64,000 nucleotides of DNA from Octopus sinensis. Its lineage: Eukaryota. Position 1 is the first letter of the stretch; every line of letters starts with the position of its first letter. Under the pieces are notes generated by a model. It ran no database searches. It worked only from the letters and a program-made list of their open reading frames with translations, and was not told the DNA's origin. The position numbers and the translations under genes were made by a program. The DNA lies in contig NC_042997.1 of the NCBI RefSeq assembly GCF_006345805.1, positions 151,404,001 to 151,468,000 on the forward strand, read 5' to 3'. Shown piece by piece: positions 37,626-52,928 of the stretch.

Positions 37626-39779
37626 TATATATATACATACATACGTATTTTATACTATATTATATTGTATTACATCATAAATATTCTTGTATATAGTGCC
37701 AAATGAAGTATACGAGCTACTACAATTTTAGGTTCTTACAATATATTCAGTGAGGTTTTGCGACCAGGCAGGTTTTACTACATAACACCATCATACGGAT
37801 TACTGTGACAGTGAGATTCTTTCCTCCAACAAATTTAGCCACACACAGTGGGATTGAATTTTAATGTAAATATAGATAGAGGCTTATACAATTTCTCAGG
37901 CATATAATATGTTACCTAATCAGAAGGATACTTTTTACTTCAGAACTTATATCAATCGAACACGTGCCAGTGTAATACCCACACACTTCGCACGCATATC
38001 CAGCACTCACTTTGTTGATTTGCAAAGAAATAACATTTGCAATATGTGACATCTTCAGTCTCTAATCTAAGCTGTACGGTTTAGATCACTAGAAATTCTT
38101 ATATGAATTTAGCTGATGGTGATATTGAGTATGCAGTAGATTAATATAGACTTTTTCTTTAAGTTACACTGCACATCTCTAAGAATAAAAATTGCTCACC
38201 AAGAGAGTTTCTAAGCTGTCTTTTTATCATTCTACTAGAAAAAATACAGCTACATTTCCTGTACAATACACCCATTGTTTGAATAGCCAAACACTCACAG
38301 CAGTGCTTAGGGGTAAAATTTTATAAACTTTAACTCCACCACTTCTACATATTTTAGTTAATTAAAGTTTTCAACAAATTGAATTTGGCTCTTCCCATTG
38401 TTGAATTTCACTTAAGTAAAAGCTCTTAAGAATAGTCTAATTCTGTAAATCTTGTAAAAGTTGCAGTAAAAAAATCTTATGAAGTAGAATGGTAGCCAAA
38501 TCGGAATATGAGTAACACCTGGTATTGCGTTTAAACCATCAATTCTCTGCTACACTTGCATAATAATTAACGAAATAAAAGATCTAAATGAGAGGACACT
38601 TAAACCAAAAACAGTATCGACATTGTTAATACCAAAATAAAATTGATGGCATAAAAATTGGTCAAATGTTATTACAATTATTTTCCCACTAAAACAAAAT
38701 ATATGGAGCAAATAAGTGACTAAATTCAAGGGCAATTACTTATATATTTTATGGTCTTGGAATCCTTTTCAGTAAAGTTCAATAAAAGAGAAGAGGGCTA
38801 GTGTTGAGCTCGCTCCGAAATTTCAACGATTTAGGTACAGCTCCAGATTCAGCTTGGTTCAGAAGTAAGTGTGTATAATGCATATTTATTAGAGTTTAGT
38901 GTTGCATAAGCTAAAAAATAATTTTCCTATTTTTATAATATTTTAAAATATTTTTATAATATTTTAAAATATATTATAATTAATATATGTTATATAGATA
39001 GTGGATTTTGCATGCCAACATCAACTTCCTAAGTGCAACATTTTGACGAACGAAATATGGATTTGGTGCAATCGATATCCTCATTTGTCATTCAAATAAC
39101 AAGTTTCTTTGAAAATAAGATTATTCTTAGATTTAAATCACATGTATACCATTTTAATCTCTATAAATCATACTTGTCACGCGCCGTTTTCAAAGTAGTA
39201 TTTATTTTTGTTTGGTTAAGCATTGCTGAATATGTATTTTTTACAAGAAATTATAAGGAATCTTCAATATAAATCTTTACTAAAATAGTATATGTGACTG
39301 CTTACAACCAAGAACAGGTCCATAATTACATTGGTTTCAAATTTGGTACAAAGCCAGTAATACTGGGGAAGAGAGTATGTTGATTACATCGACCCCAATG
39401 ATCAATTGGTACATAATTCTACAAGGCGTGGAAATGATTCTGCAAGCACGCCGCCTTAAGTTCCCTGAATTATATTCAGAAATTTTAAAGTATTATATCA
39501 AAATTTGATAAATTAATAACATTTAGCATCAAAGATTTTTCATGCTAAAAATTATCATTTGAAATGTATTTTTGTTTTAACTCAGATGGTTTTTAAGAAT
39601 AATAATTTTTCAACTCAAAATGTCTTTGAACTTAAAAACAACGCTCAAAATGTTTTGGTAGTATATTAAACTTTTACAAAACTTAATTTTGAATGTTTTA
39701 ATTCCTTGAGATATGTTTTTAATTGCTTACGTTGGTCTTTATTTAACTCTCATTTTTCTATCACTCTCCGCCCGATCAT

Positions 39780-40700
39780 TATTTAAGGAGGTGGCAAGTG
39801 CAGAAAAGGACTGTGCAAAATAGCCTTCAAGCATCATTGCGAGTTTCTGTATGACACATCCAAGCCATCACTAAGCTTGCGATCCAATGTTTGCTTTCTT
39901 ATGCTAGCATCAAGAACATTTAGAACCTGAATCAATGGAAAGATCTATAACGTCCTTAATGTGTTTCTCGAAGAGGATTTATGCCTCAATCTGATCAACT
40001 CATATTTTCTGTGCAGCATTCTGACACGCATCAACCAGTTCATCTTCTGATAATTTTATTCTCATTTTTCTCCTTTATCACTACTTCTGAACTTTTCAAA
40101 CTTACTTTTTGACTATGGTTTAAACATTCTGAAAACATTTTAGCGCTAATCTTTTTAAGCGTTTCTCGCAATAACAGGCATTCTTTTGAATTTGAAAGTA
40201 TTGTCTTTAAAAGCAAGAACTGGAAAGAAAAAAGGTGTCGTTGGAGTGACAGCAGCAATAAACTAAAGCTGAAAATATAGGACGATAAAAAATATTGGCT
40301 TCAAAATATTGGTGCTGAATCAGGATTTGAATTTGATTACGCCTTTAGAGAAAAATTGGGGAAATGTTTGAGTGAGAACTAGTCTCACTTATCAGAACTC
40401 TGTTAACTTTATGAAATATGAAGGGCCAATTTCTAACTACCCCCAATACATTCCTCGATACATGTCCAATTACGATGGCAGGTAATGGCTTCTGCGGAGG
40501 GGAGTCTGAGATAATGTTTGTGCACGTTAGGGAAAAGAGGTTTTATAAAAGCTACAAGTGTGGCGACTTGAATTCTTTCTATGTATTAAGAGTCAAAGCA
40601 TTTTGAATTTTCAGAGATCTATTGGTGTAGGTTCTTAGCACATTTTCATTAGTGGGAAAAGCAGAACACCTGAAACTGTGAAGCCATTTTCTCGCATCAT
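39780..40700 (-). pseudogene. Possible decayed hAT (Tip100-like) transposase remnant
   Basis: Fragments VVRNWPFIFHKVNRV, MFSECLNHSQKV..RRKMRIKLSEDE and LIQVLNVLDASIR occur in an order compatible with the hAT central region; highly degenerate, no TIRs found. Confidence 0.3.
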
Positions 40701-43700
40701 TTTTTTAGCTGAATGCTCTCTACTCTCTTTTCGATTGTTACTAACCAATTTGAAGTACATCATCGTCGCTTCTACTCACTTATTGAGCGTATATATTTGT
40801 ACGCTTAAATGACACCTCCGTTATGGTTGGAAAAGTATGAGAAATATAGTTGAATTTTTTCTTCAATTTTAGAAGGCAGGATACATATTCGTCATATACG
40901 TGTGATTCAGCCTCTTCCTATCGTATAAATATCTTATACTATACTATGCGGTGTAAATATTGGCAGTTCCATTTTTAGGAGGATTTAAAATATGAAGAAG
41001 AGTAGAATTTATTCTATTTGAATGAAAATGCGAACAGTAAATGCTTTATTGTATTTCAATCCCTATTTGAGCTGCAATCTATTTAAGCTTTCACATTGCA
41101 TTTTCTGTATTTTTCTTGGTACCATTATTAAAGTGTATCACTCATGTTCTCGTATTTTCCGCGCTATTTTCTATGCAATTCCCAAGAATGCCATGGAGCA
41201 CAAATTTACTTGGTTAGAGATGACATGGTTTAAACCATGATCAGCGATAAAGAAATCGTCCTCAAAAATGCCGTAATAACTATTTAGACATTCATCTGCA
41301 ACAATATTGTATATTTTGTTTTGTATATCGCGCTGGCTTTAGATAGTAACTGGTTTGTATAGGTTAATCATTGGTTTATTCACGTTGAAAAAAGAATTGA
41401 ACGATACCCTGTTAAAATGGGGGAAAAGAAGTATAATGAAGAGAAGCGATTGTGAGTTGTAAACTTTAAATAAGAAATGTGGAAAACATTAAGAAAACAT
41501 TGAAAGTAGGATTAAAATGAAAATAGAAAAATAGTCAAATTGAAAATGAAATTTAAATGGATATGGTAATTAATGTCAACAGATTGAGGAAATTTTAACA
41601 TTCTGTGTCAGCCAAACGTTAACAGAAGAATGGAAACCAAAATCAAAAACCTGAAGATAAAAGGGAAGCAAATTAATAAAAAAATTATGATGCAATTATA
41701 TAGCATACTCAGGCTGGAAACAAAATCTTGAGTTTAAAAAAAATTATCAAAAGAGACTGAATGGCTCCTTACACACATACACACACACACACACATACAC
41801 ACACACGCACTCACAAAACAAAACAAAATCACAAAAGAGAGCAGATATCCCACAGAACATTTCAGATTGTAATATTAACAGAGTTAAACGAAGCGTGATA
41901 AGTGGCGCTGAGACGTAAAAACGACCGCATTAAATAGCAAAAGATGTCAGATGATAATAAAATGAAGGAAAGCGAGAAAAGAAGATGTCCATGTTGGCTT
42001 TTGATGTTACGTTGCTGTTATTTATCTTTTTATTCTATTTATTTTTTTCTCGATTTCAACATTTTTTTTTTCAAATACCATATGAGAATTGTAAAAATGG
42101 TATTTCTAAAGTAATGAGTGTTACCACGTACCTACGAATAACTTTGAAATCAACTGCATTACTGGTGTTGTAAAACCGCGAAGGTATTACACAGAATTTA
42201 TTAGTGTTCCTTGATGTTGTTTTATTAGTTTTGTAAATTGTCACGTTTCTTCACAATTGTAATACTAATGAGAAGTGTGGAACAAATGGAATGAGTAAGA
42301 CGAAACTCTTTTTTACTGTAATTGCTTTTAATATTTTGTTATTTTATTTTGTTTTATCATATTAACTAACTATAATGTATATATCAACCAAATCAAGTAG
42401 CAGTAAAATGTATGAACATTGATTCTTTTAGAACTTCAAGTTGCTGATGACAATATGGAAATATTTTTACTGCATTAATCAAGAAATATAAAACTTCTAT
42501 CTGGAGCAAACAGTATAATATGCATTTCCGCAAATGATATAACCTTAAGATTAAGGGCAAAGAGAACTAGCAATCATAATATAATTCGAATTATGTACAT
42601 ATTCAGTTCACCGTTTCGTTTGAAGTTGAATTTTTAATCACAGTTACTTAGGACGATTTACATTTATGCCAAAATTCACCCATCAACATAAAACAGTGTT
42701 CAACCTCGACAACATAATCCAAGAAATTACACATGATTTTTCTATCAAAATGCAAATTTTTACGATTCATTTGTAAATAGTTTTTACTCTTTACTGTGTA
42801 AGTGGAAAAAAAACTTTCAAACTGGAGAAATGACTTTGCTCGTATCCATTCCCAAGCTTAATTCCACCCTCCAAATGCAAACTTTAGTATCTTCAGCATA
42901 ACATAATATGATCAAATCTAGTAACACTCCTTTGATACATATATATATATTCAACTAGAGTTAAGCGTAACAAAAACATTTACACTTCAGAAGAATTAAA
43001 CAGTTAAGTTCGGGCGGAAAAATAGAAAGGAAATATAAACAACGATAAATAACTAGTTCTTTGTTTGACCATAACGTTACAGAGAAGACTTCAAGCATTT
43101 ATTGTATCAGTTATCTCTTCCTTTTTGAAGATTCCATGTTGAGCATATTCTAAATAATGTGCAAAAATTGTCATGAGAGGAAATCTGATGAAAAATAAAA
43201 TAAAATTATGTTCGGGTCACATATGTTTCTATCTGTGCTCCCACCATGACCTCTGACTAGAAAACGCCAGTTTTTAAATTATTGAATGTACAAAACTGAG
43301 TATCTAATAATATTGATTCTCACTGAAAGGAAAAGAAATGAAATAATCTTAATCTTTGTACGTTATAAAATGTAATAGCCAATCAGATCATATAAAGAAT
43401 AATCTATTCTATTTTAAACTATTTTGCCGACAGTGGCATAGAGGAATTTTTATGTTGTTGACCTTGCTACATTCAGAAAGCTTTTAGCCAGACTCGAAAT
43501 CGCATTTTCACCCAAGACTGTTGTGCTTATGAAGGAAATTAAAATACTCCTTGAGCGTGAGAGCAGAATAACTTTGCACAAGTTTCTTCTACTTGAAATT
43601 AATTCCATATATTGTTGGTTTACTATATATCACATGGTAAAAAGTGTAGAAACAGCTATAGCTCTTTGTAGTCATTTACTTTAGATATTATATTCAGAAA

Positions 43701-44269
43701 TTAGTAATAGAATTGAATATTCAACTGCATTGTTAGAAGAACGATCCTGACTAATCCTCACAGAATTAACAGAACTACGCGAAGCGAACTAACAAAGCTC
43801 ATCGATTTCATAATACTGCAGCTGCTTAGGGAGGTGAGCGCTTTAACGAGGAGGTACTTACAGCTACAAGGACTAAGTTGATGAGAGTTGTGTATATTGC
43901 CCATAATAAAATTGATCAATTGATTAAACAACAGCGCATTACCCGTGTTTCAGAGAGAAATGGCTCTTCTTGACGGCCACTTGTTCCATATACTTTTCTC
44001 CAAGAAATGGATAATATAAAATCGCATCGGGTTTTCAATGCTACAATTTCGAAACATGCAATGAGAGAAAAGGGCTACTCTTATACCTATATTCCTACAT
44101 ATACATACTACATAGATATATACACATGTACATGCATACATCTATACATACATACGTACGTACATACGCACATGCATATATACATGTATGTATATGTGTG
44201 TATATGAGTATATGTATCACTATATATATGTATATGAATATATATATATATGTATGTATGTGAATATAT

Positions 44270-44416
44270 ATATAGAGAGAGAGAGAGAAGAGGAGGAGGA
44301 GGAGAAGAAGAAGAAGAAGAAGAAGAAGAAGAAGAAGAAGAAGAAGAAGAAGAAGAAGAAGAAGAAGAAGAAGAAGAAGAAGAAGAAGAAGAAGAAGAAG
44401 AAGAAGAAGAAGAAGA
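44270..44416. repeat. (GA)/(GAG)/(GAA)n purine tract with a long pure (GAA)n run of ~40 units
   Basis: Direct inspection; it explains the poly-K/F/L ORFs. Confidence 0.95.
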
Positions 44417-44542
44417 ATGAAAGACTGAACGAAAGCATGTTTAGTGAGAAAGATTAAATGCCAGTGAGAAATATATTTAGAGTAAGAGATGACACATAGA
44501 GATGATAGCATGTGATGCCATATTGTACGTATGTGTGGGCCT

Positions 44543-44580
<38 letters not shown>

Positions 44581-44706
44581 TAAAGGGAGAGATTTTATAT
44601 CCAAATTTTCTATAAATCTATGAGCCCAATATGGTGCTGGAGTATAGTACGACGGAATCCAAAGAACTATTTGAAGTAGGAATTAAATGAAGCTCTCAGT
44701 TAAAAA

Positions 44707-44710
44707 CAGT

Positions 44711-44791
<81 letters not shown>

Positions 44792-44845
44792 TGTTGTTGT
44801 TGTTGTTGTGTTGTTGTTGTTGTTGTTGTTGTTGTAGCGGCAGTA
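44707..44845. repeat. (GCA)n-(GTA)n-(GTT)n compound microsatellite
   Basis: Direct inspection. Confidence 0.95.
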
Positions 44846-45419
44846 GTAGTCATGTGTCATTGCAGGTCCAGGTGGCCGATTGAAACAAAGCCGACCGTTG
44901 ACACTGCAGCAACGAGCCTAGTGATATATGTTGGGTTAATTGACCATTTTCTGCAGCCTTTTCAGATGTGGACATCCAAATAATTCAATAATTACAGAAT
45001 CTCTTCCCCTGTGTTAACTGACATCTCCATTCAACCTAATCTCAAATGGCGATGCTGCTCTCATTTGCCCTCTATTTCCACTCTATCGTTTATCATCTCT
45101 CCCCCTTTCTCGCTAATCCACCGACGTTTCGTCAAATCGAGGTCGCTTAAATGTCAGGCTGCTACATTAGATAATGGAAGGTATTAATGAGATGTATGCA
45201 TGTATATATACCCTCTTCGTATGAATGTACATACGCAGTCGTTTGTGTATGTATGTGTAATATTTCTTGGCTTCATGTATTTATACTACTTTTATACGCT
45301 TGTATGAATAGCTATTTATACGCGTGTATGTGTGTGCATATATAATTATATATGAAGTGTACGTAAAAATGAGTTTGTATGTTTTACACGCGTATGTGTG
45401 CTTGTGAGTGTAATAGTAT

Positions 45420-45605
45420 TTCATTTATTCTTTTACTTGCGTCCATGTTCGAGCACCGCCTTGAATGGTTTTAGTCAAAGAAATCGAGCCCGAACCTATT
45501 GTTTGTAAGCCCAGCACAGTATGTATCGTATCGATCTTTTGCCGAACCACTATGTTACGGAGACCTAATCACGCCAACATCAGTTGTCAAGCGATGGTGG
45601 GGAAC
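45420..45605 (-). mobile_element. SINE 3' half
   Basis: ttttacttg..ccatgttcgagcaccgcc...ttttgccgaaccac..ggttgtcaagcgatgg-like block. Confidence 0.7.
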
Positions 45606-45654
45606 CAAGCTAAAACAAAAGTACACAAGTATATACATATATATATATATATAT

Positions 45655-45945
<291 letters not shown>

Positions 45946-45967
45946 ATGTAAGTATATATATATATAG

Positions 45968-46851
45968 TTCATCCCATAAATAATGCAGTTTTAATACTTT
46001 GTTTATACAAAGTTCTTGGATATAGGTTCTTTTTTAATCTAAAATTTATTCCCCTTCATTTTCTACAATACCCTTCCATCTATCTGGTACACTTCCAAGG
46101 CCCGTCTTCTAAAATTGACTCGACCGTGGCGAAAATTACCCTCCAGTACTGTTCTAGCAGCGTCTACAAAATTCATATTTTTCCGTCCAAATAATTTTGA
46201 AAACTGCGTCGTGAATTAATAAATTAGATGAGGCAATATCTAACGAAGGGTACCCTTTCCTATTCAAACTGCTCCAGCCTTTGGAATGTCTAACTCGCTG
46301 TATGTGGTTGATGCATTATCCTTTCGTCTTGAAACCAAAGATGGTCGTATTCCGATGGCACGCAGGTGCCGATGAATGGTTGAATGACCAAATCCAAGCC
46401 TCTCTGCTAGTTGCTTAACAGTTACGACGAGATTTTGTTTCACCAGCGTTTGTAGGACGTCCTCGTCGAGCCCTACTGATCTCCCAGGATGAGGGTCGTT
46501 TTCTAGACTGTAGTATCTGGCTCAGAATTTCTGGAACCACCGTTGACACTGGATTACATTTATTGCCCGATCCCCATACATTATATTAATATTCCTCGCA
46601 CTTTGCATTGCGTTGTTGCCTTTATTGAACCCATAAAGTAAAATATGCCGAATATTCTCCTTTATTACTTCCATTATAGCTTTGAAAAATAACTGTTAAA
46701 ATCGAACTGCACTCTTCAAAACTTGCACCAAGAATAAGTAGAAGTTAAAATTGCTATCTGCTTTTAAAGCAAATTGATATATGTAGTTTATCCCGTCCCC
46801 CTCCGACTTTAATTCATGCAATTGAAAACACCGCATTATTTATGGCACATG
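45968..46851 (-). mobile_element. Internally deleted mariner transposon (~880 bp)
   Basis: TIR core ccataaataatgc(a/g)g at both ends. Minus strand gives HILLYGFNKGNNAMQSARNINIMYG..CQRWFQKF..LDEDVLQTLVKQN..TVKQLAERLGFGHSTIHRHLRAIG (HTH region), then jumps to a decayed YSPDIAPSD-like motif and RWKGIVENEG; most of the catalytic domain is missing. Confidence 0.8.
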
Positions 46852-46869
46852 TGTGTTTGTGTTCTTGTT

Positions 46870-47162
46870 TCCCACATCACCATCACTTGGCAACTGATGT
46901 TGGTGTGATTACGTCCCCGTAACTTAGACGTCGGTCTTTAATCAGTTTCCGTCTAACAAATCCACTCACAAGGCTTTGGTAGACCTGAGGCTACAGTGGA
47001 ACACACTTGCCCGAGGTGCCACGTGGTTGGGACTGAACCTGGAACCAGGTGGTTGGGAAGCAAACTTCTTACCGCACAGCCACGCCTTCGCCTCCACACC
47101 CTTAAGGTGGTGCTCCGGCATGGTCACAGTCAGATAATTGAAACAAGTAAAAGAATAAAAAA
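46870..47162. mobile_element. SINE composite: plus-strand middle and 3' end with a minus-strand head (46940-47095) between them
   Basis: Segments match different parts of the family consensus in opposite orientations. Confidence 0.65.
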
Positions 47163-47329
47163 ATACATTGTGTGTGCGTGTGTGTATGTGCATCAGTGTG
47201 TTTATGAATATGCACATAAATGTGATGCTATAGAATTCATACACACACACACACGCACACATATATATGCATATACGTGTATATATGGATGTGGTTATAA
47301 AATATTTTTACACACAACACGTACATTTT

Positions 47330-47399
<70 letters not shown>

Positions 47400-47939
47400 G
47401 TGTGTGTGTGTGTGTATGTGTGTGTGCGTGTGTTTTCTGTTCTATATGTTTTACTTACACTTTCTTTTGCAAATCAGCCACGAAATAATAGTTCTTTTAC
47501 GAATGTCTATTTTTAATAATCCAATTTTTTTTTCTTTATTTAGTTTCGGTATTTAACCTCACCGTAAAGACAGACAACATTTTCGGAAATTTCGTTTTCC
47601 ATGACTGGTGTGAAATGTTACAGAGGTTAAGTACATTATATAGCAATTGACATAGACATAGAAATAAATGACAAAGATTAATCAATTTCTTGGTACTTAA
47701 ATCTGAATAAAAATGAAAGCATTTCAAAAGTATTCGTAAAACGTGATGATAAAATTCATAGCTCATTTCAAATCAGATAGAAAGCTAGATATTCCTACGG
47801 GTTTATCGATGTTTTGTATTTATATCTTTATCAGCTCATTGAATAAATTTTACAGCTAAGTTTCTTTTACTTAGTTCCAACTGAAATAAAACGTTAATTC
47901 TTTTGTAAAATCTTGTACAAAATACGCGTAAGTATATCT

Positions 47940-48560
47940 ACAGTCCTTCGTGACAAGGGAAGGTGGAGTTTTGCTGACTCTATGGAAAATCTCATATTAC
48001 TGGTCACAGCTTTGGCCACCAAACTCATCCAGTCTGATAGAAGTGATGGATGTGTTACAAAAAATGTTCACCTGTAAAATATCTTCGGTTAAAAGGTTTA
48101 CTTACAGGGAATGTCTGAAAGCATCCATCTCAATTCCTTTAAATGTAGAAGAGAGATATATACTTTTATGTAAGTATGGAAAATCCCGGAGGAGCTTGTT
48201 CCAAACTTCGTCATTAGAGAGAATTTCAATGCAGTAACTGGTAAATACTATCAGCTTTCTTTTTACCACCTTCGAAATCAGGAATAATCTGCTGTACGAG
48301 TCTGATATTTAGAGATCCTCAATTATTGAACTGCTCATCTCAAGAAGTCGAAATTATAAAAGGAGCCTCTGCTGATATATTTAAAACCACCCCCGAAAAA
48401 TTAAGAAAATAAAAGTTTAAAAATACACAGGATAAACTCCTGACGACAATACCTCGCAGCCAACCGTTTAAGGATGCAGTAAGATAAGATCGTCTGCTAC
48501 AAACAATCGAAGACAACTTCCAGTCATAAAGCAACAACAAAACTGAAAGAATAAATGAAG
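47940..48560 (+). mobile_element. Decayed CR1-group LINE 3' fragment
   Basis: WSQLWPP..IEVMDVLQKMFT..TYRECLK..EERYILL..LVPN..FRDPQLLN..IIKGASADIFK..DKLLTTIP follows the CR1 RT C-terminal pattern. Confidence 0.65.
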
Positions 48561-51500
48561 ATGGTGTTCCAGGATGGCTGCAGTCGTACAGCTGAAAGCA
48601 CTAAATGAATATAAAAAATAAAAGAATAACATATATAGGATCCTTCGATATCACTCGGTCACTTGATCTCTGTGTTGAATTCTTCCAATTGCTGTCTTCA
48701 CTAAATGCCCTATCACGATTCATCGTCATGCAAAATGAGGAATCTTCATGTTTTTTAGAGAAGTCTCTATATAAGGTAGCTTCGGCTTTCTTTTCTATAT
48801 AAAATTTTCACTATCTTCTGCACCATACAGAATTTTTACGTTGTCCTGGTTTTGTAAGTTCTGCACTTACATCTGAGCTTTTTAACTTCCTCAAAACATG
48901 TTTGTAGTGATTATGGCAATTTATGTGAAATATTGGTAACATGCGCTCATCATAAAATGCGATTACTAGACTATCAGTATTTGATTCTTTAGTATAGTTT
49001 TTTAGGACGAGATAAAGGGATGTTCATTACCCTTAAGAGTGGCAAAATTAATCAGTTGTGTTATAATTCGAAACAACTGTATAGAAAATAAATGATCAGT
49101 ATAATCACGAATCATTTACATAGTGCGTCTAAACCCTAATACAATACAATATACATATATGCAAACTGAAACCCCCACCGTAATCCTATTTAGTTCCGCA
49201 TCCATTTTTACAAAATATTTTTAATGAGGAAATTATATCCACGTTATGTCGTTCAAAATATTCGGATAAATGGAAGTATCACTTCATATTTTATTTCAAT
49301 TAAAGTAATTTGTCTACCTTTATAACTGAGAGTTTCAAGAAACCAGTCAGAGAGTTTCTGCAGAATTCACGTTCAACGGGATTCTGTCTGAAAATCAGGC
49401 GGTATAAAAACATTTGAAACGCTCTTGACCAGAGATCGTCCGGATGAGGGCCAGCCGGCTACTAAACACCAACAAAAACTGATGGGATGTCTCTAATAGG
49501 AAATCGACACTATAATATATTTATATATTTGTGTCTGTGAGGGAAGTATAGGAAATTTCAAAATTTGCATTAAAAATACATTAAATGTGTGTGCATGTAT
49601 ACATATACCTTTCATGTGAATGCGAGCGTTCAAATTTAACGACAAACGTGACAACATAGAAGATAAAAATCTTGATTCTCTTTTGACTCTATATGGGATT
49701 AAAATAGTGGAAGAGTTTCGAAGTTTCGACATTTAACTGTACTTAAAAAGTCAGTTTATAGAAAGAGAATGGGTTGAAGGGAGGATGAAAACGCGATGAA
49801 CGTAAAAAAATATTTTGCCTTGTGTCATGTCAAGCAGAAAATGTCAGAGATCGAATAGCTGCGAATAGCAAAAATAATTTCATGCGTTCAAGATCATCGG
49901 GGGAGGTAACTTCAAGCAAATTATGCAGGCACATACGTATTCGTATTTAGTATTAGGGTGTGTATGTGAACCTTGCATATATATATACTGAGCTTTTGCG
50001 GCAATGATGTGAAAGATCTGAATAAACAGAAACAGAAACGAGTAAAGCCAGTTTACCAATACACGGTAAGATTCAATATTCTAGTTCGGATCACATCTTT
50101 TGACGCTAATAAACCTCCACTCCTCGTACTGGTAAGTGAGGCATCCAAATTGTTACTAAGTTGTATGGGGGATTAGCCAATCGTTGACAGTTCCAATGTC
50201 CTTGTCAAAAGAATCAGTAACATGTAGCTGCCTTTCCTATGTAACTGTATTCATCGTCTATTCGGCGTTGAGTGTACATATAAATTGAATTACTTATCTT
50301 ACAGAGAATATTTTTAATTCACCAGGCTAGCTTTGAAATTAACCAGGTTGCTGTGAAATTAAAAGACACTGTGGAAGTAGGTTCTCCTTTATTCGTCAAT
50401 CCTGCCGTTTGCTTGGGCTGCATGCTTTTCTATGCAGCGCGTAAAATTTGATAACCATGTCCAGTCTGATTTTATTTCCAAATTTAACTCTATAAAATGG
50501 ATTTATTTTTGCTAAGAAGAGACTTGGCTTCCTGGTGCCCGCATTCTACATTGTTAGCTTCCTAATCAACTCTGGAATCCGGGTGTGTGTCAATTTATTT
50601 CCAGATTCCAGACCTTTGACTGCTAGATCCTTGAGCGCCGTGGTCCTAATAATCGTTACTGTATATTGTTACTGATGTAATTTCTATAGATGCTGCTCCT
50701 TTTGCTCTCCTTTATTTCCTCTGTGCAAACCATGCTTTGAAGTGCCCCCTAAGCACGTATAAAGTTAGCTAATATCTGCTATGCATCACTCTTCTATTAA
50801 ACTCACTACAAGTGATAGTTTCGAAATCACTCTATAGTGTTTGGATGACGTAAAGATGGATATGTTTACATAAACTCAGCTCGAAAACGTATGATTAATA
50901 GTCACTGCAGTTCTAAGTGCTTTTCCATATTATGCGCCAAAACTGTCAACCTGCCAAGAGTAAACGTTGTTTCCAATCTTTCTTGTATTGTGGTTCTCGT
51001 ACTTATTTGTCATTTATAGTGATATACTTTTCGAATTCGTAAGAAGGTACTTGCTCAGCTTCCTGTTCATTCCGGCCATAGTTTTAAGTATGATACTTAC
51101 AGTGCTATAGAAGCTACTCTGCTTGAACGATTGGAGTTCCATACTCATATTAGCTATTTTTCTTTTGAGCTCTCAAAGACATCCTTTTTAACTTAGAAAT
51201 GGACAAAGAAGACACTTTCTGTAGTCTTTATTCTTTTGTGTTTGTGTTTTATTTTTCGTACATTTGGCTAAGATGCAATTGTTTTCGTTACATAATTTCA
51301 TCAAATACTTGTTCTCTGATATCTGGTCTACGGCTGTCGCCTCATTTTACCGTTAAAAAATGACAGCAAATCTTCCCAAGTTTTGCTTTAGGACTTTGTA
51401 TGAACAGAAGTATTTCGTACGTCAAAATATCTATGTACTTTTGTGTTTTTCTTATTGTTTGCCTTACCACATTTTTATGGGTTCTCAGAGAAGATATTTA

Positions 51501-52142
51501 GAAACATCTTTTTCTTTTTTCAATTTGCCGGGTACATATCTAAATTCTGCTGGGCGAAGAATAGCACATCTGCATACATCAGCATAAAGAATAGTAGCAA
51601 TGAATTCTAACACGCATAAGTTGACATATTTCCAGCGATGGCGCGACTAATTTCATATATCCAAGCAATTAACAGGTACTTATTATTTTCGATCCAAAAT
51701 GATCATATGGAATTTTGACTCTGAATATAAAAGGGCAAAAACAAGAACAGCAATGTATTTTACAGGGTCAATCTGTTACGCGCACATTAATAATTTTTAG
51801 CATGGATAACATACTTCAACATTTTCAGAAATTAGCAGTGCATTATGCCGGAGCTAATACCAAATTAGCACTTATGTTATGAAGCTCAATTACTACCATA
51901 GAGTCGTGATATCAGGAAATATCTTAAAGCCTTTTGTTCGAAGCTCTACCGATTTTGGAGTCTACTGTAGTGTAAGTAATAATAAAGTCGAATGTTTCTT
52001 TCTTTCTAGAAATCTTGAAGGAAGGAGTGGATGTAATATATAGAACTATATTTCCAATTTAGTTTCTTTCATTACGCTGGACTAACTTGACCTGAACTTA
52101 AGAAATTCAAATTTAAATTTATCACTACAAATGCACACAAGC

Positions 52143-52457
52143 AGTTAACAAAAATGGTTTACATTCTTCGGTCTAGCTGCTATTTCTAGCAGCTACAGCA
52201 CCCTCATTTCAGACCCACCGGTTTCAACGAAGAAGGGGACATTGGATGATGTAGCCACGGGGGAGATTTATCTACAAAGACAAATGTGGTCCTTGTTTTC
52301 AGCACGCAAGAAGTTAACAAAAACGGTTTACATTCTTCGCTCTAGCTGCTATTTCTAGCAGTTACAGCACACTTATTTCAGACCCACCGGTTTCAACGAA
52401 GAAGGGGACGTTGGATGATGTAGCCACGGTGGGAGATTTATCTACAAAGACAATGTG
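52143..52457 (+). repeat. 169-bp-period tandem duplication (2 diverged copies)
   Basis: 52143-52288 vs 52312-52457, with roughly 8-10 differences by eye. Confidence 0.9.
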
Positions 52458-52896
52458 CTTTTTATAATCGGTTTCCAGAATCACGGCTGACGTGAGCTAA
52501 ACAACCATGGCAACTATTCGCAATCCTCCAAAACAAGCAAACCCTCAGATAACGTTTTATAAAAGGCAAATCTGTATATCAATTATAACATCCAACGAAT
52601 TTTCAGAAGCTCTTACAGGAACGAATCATGTATTTGACTCTCCGCTCCACCATTAATGACCAGAATGGAACATCAGAGGGATCTAATCAGAAACATATAT
52701 TTGGCCAGTACTATTGCCACTATTATCATATTAAATTGTGATTCGCTTCAGGAATTGTAACCACTTCATATCAGCTAAGTCGATATTAGGAGATAGAATT
52801 TGTTACATATATATATATACATACATATATATACATATATATATATATTCATGTTTATATATATATATGTATGTATGCGTGTATATATATATATAC

Positions 52897-52928
<32 letters not shown>

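Noticed and set aside
48620-48950. Possible second mariner remnant on the minus strand
   Set aside because: Only vague resemblance (AELTKPGQRK, LILHDD); no TIRs found.
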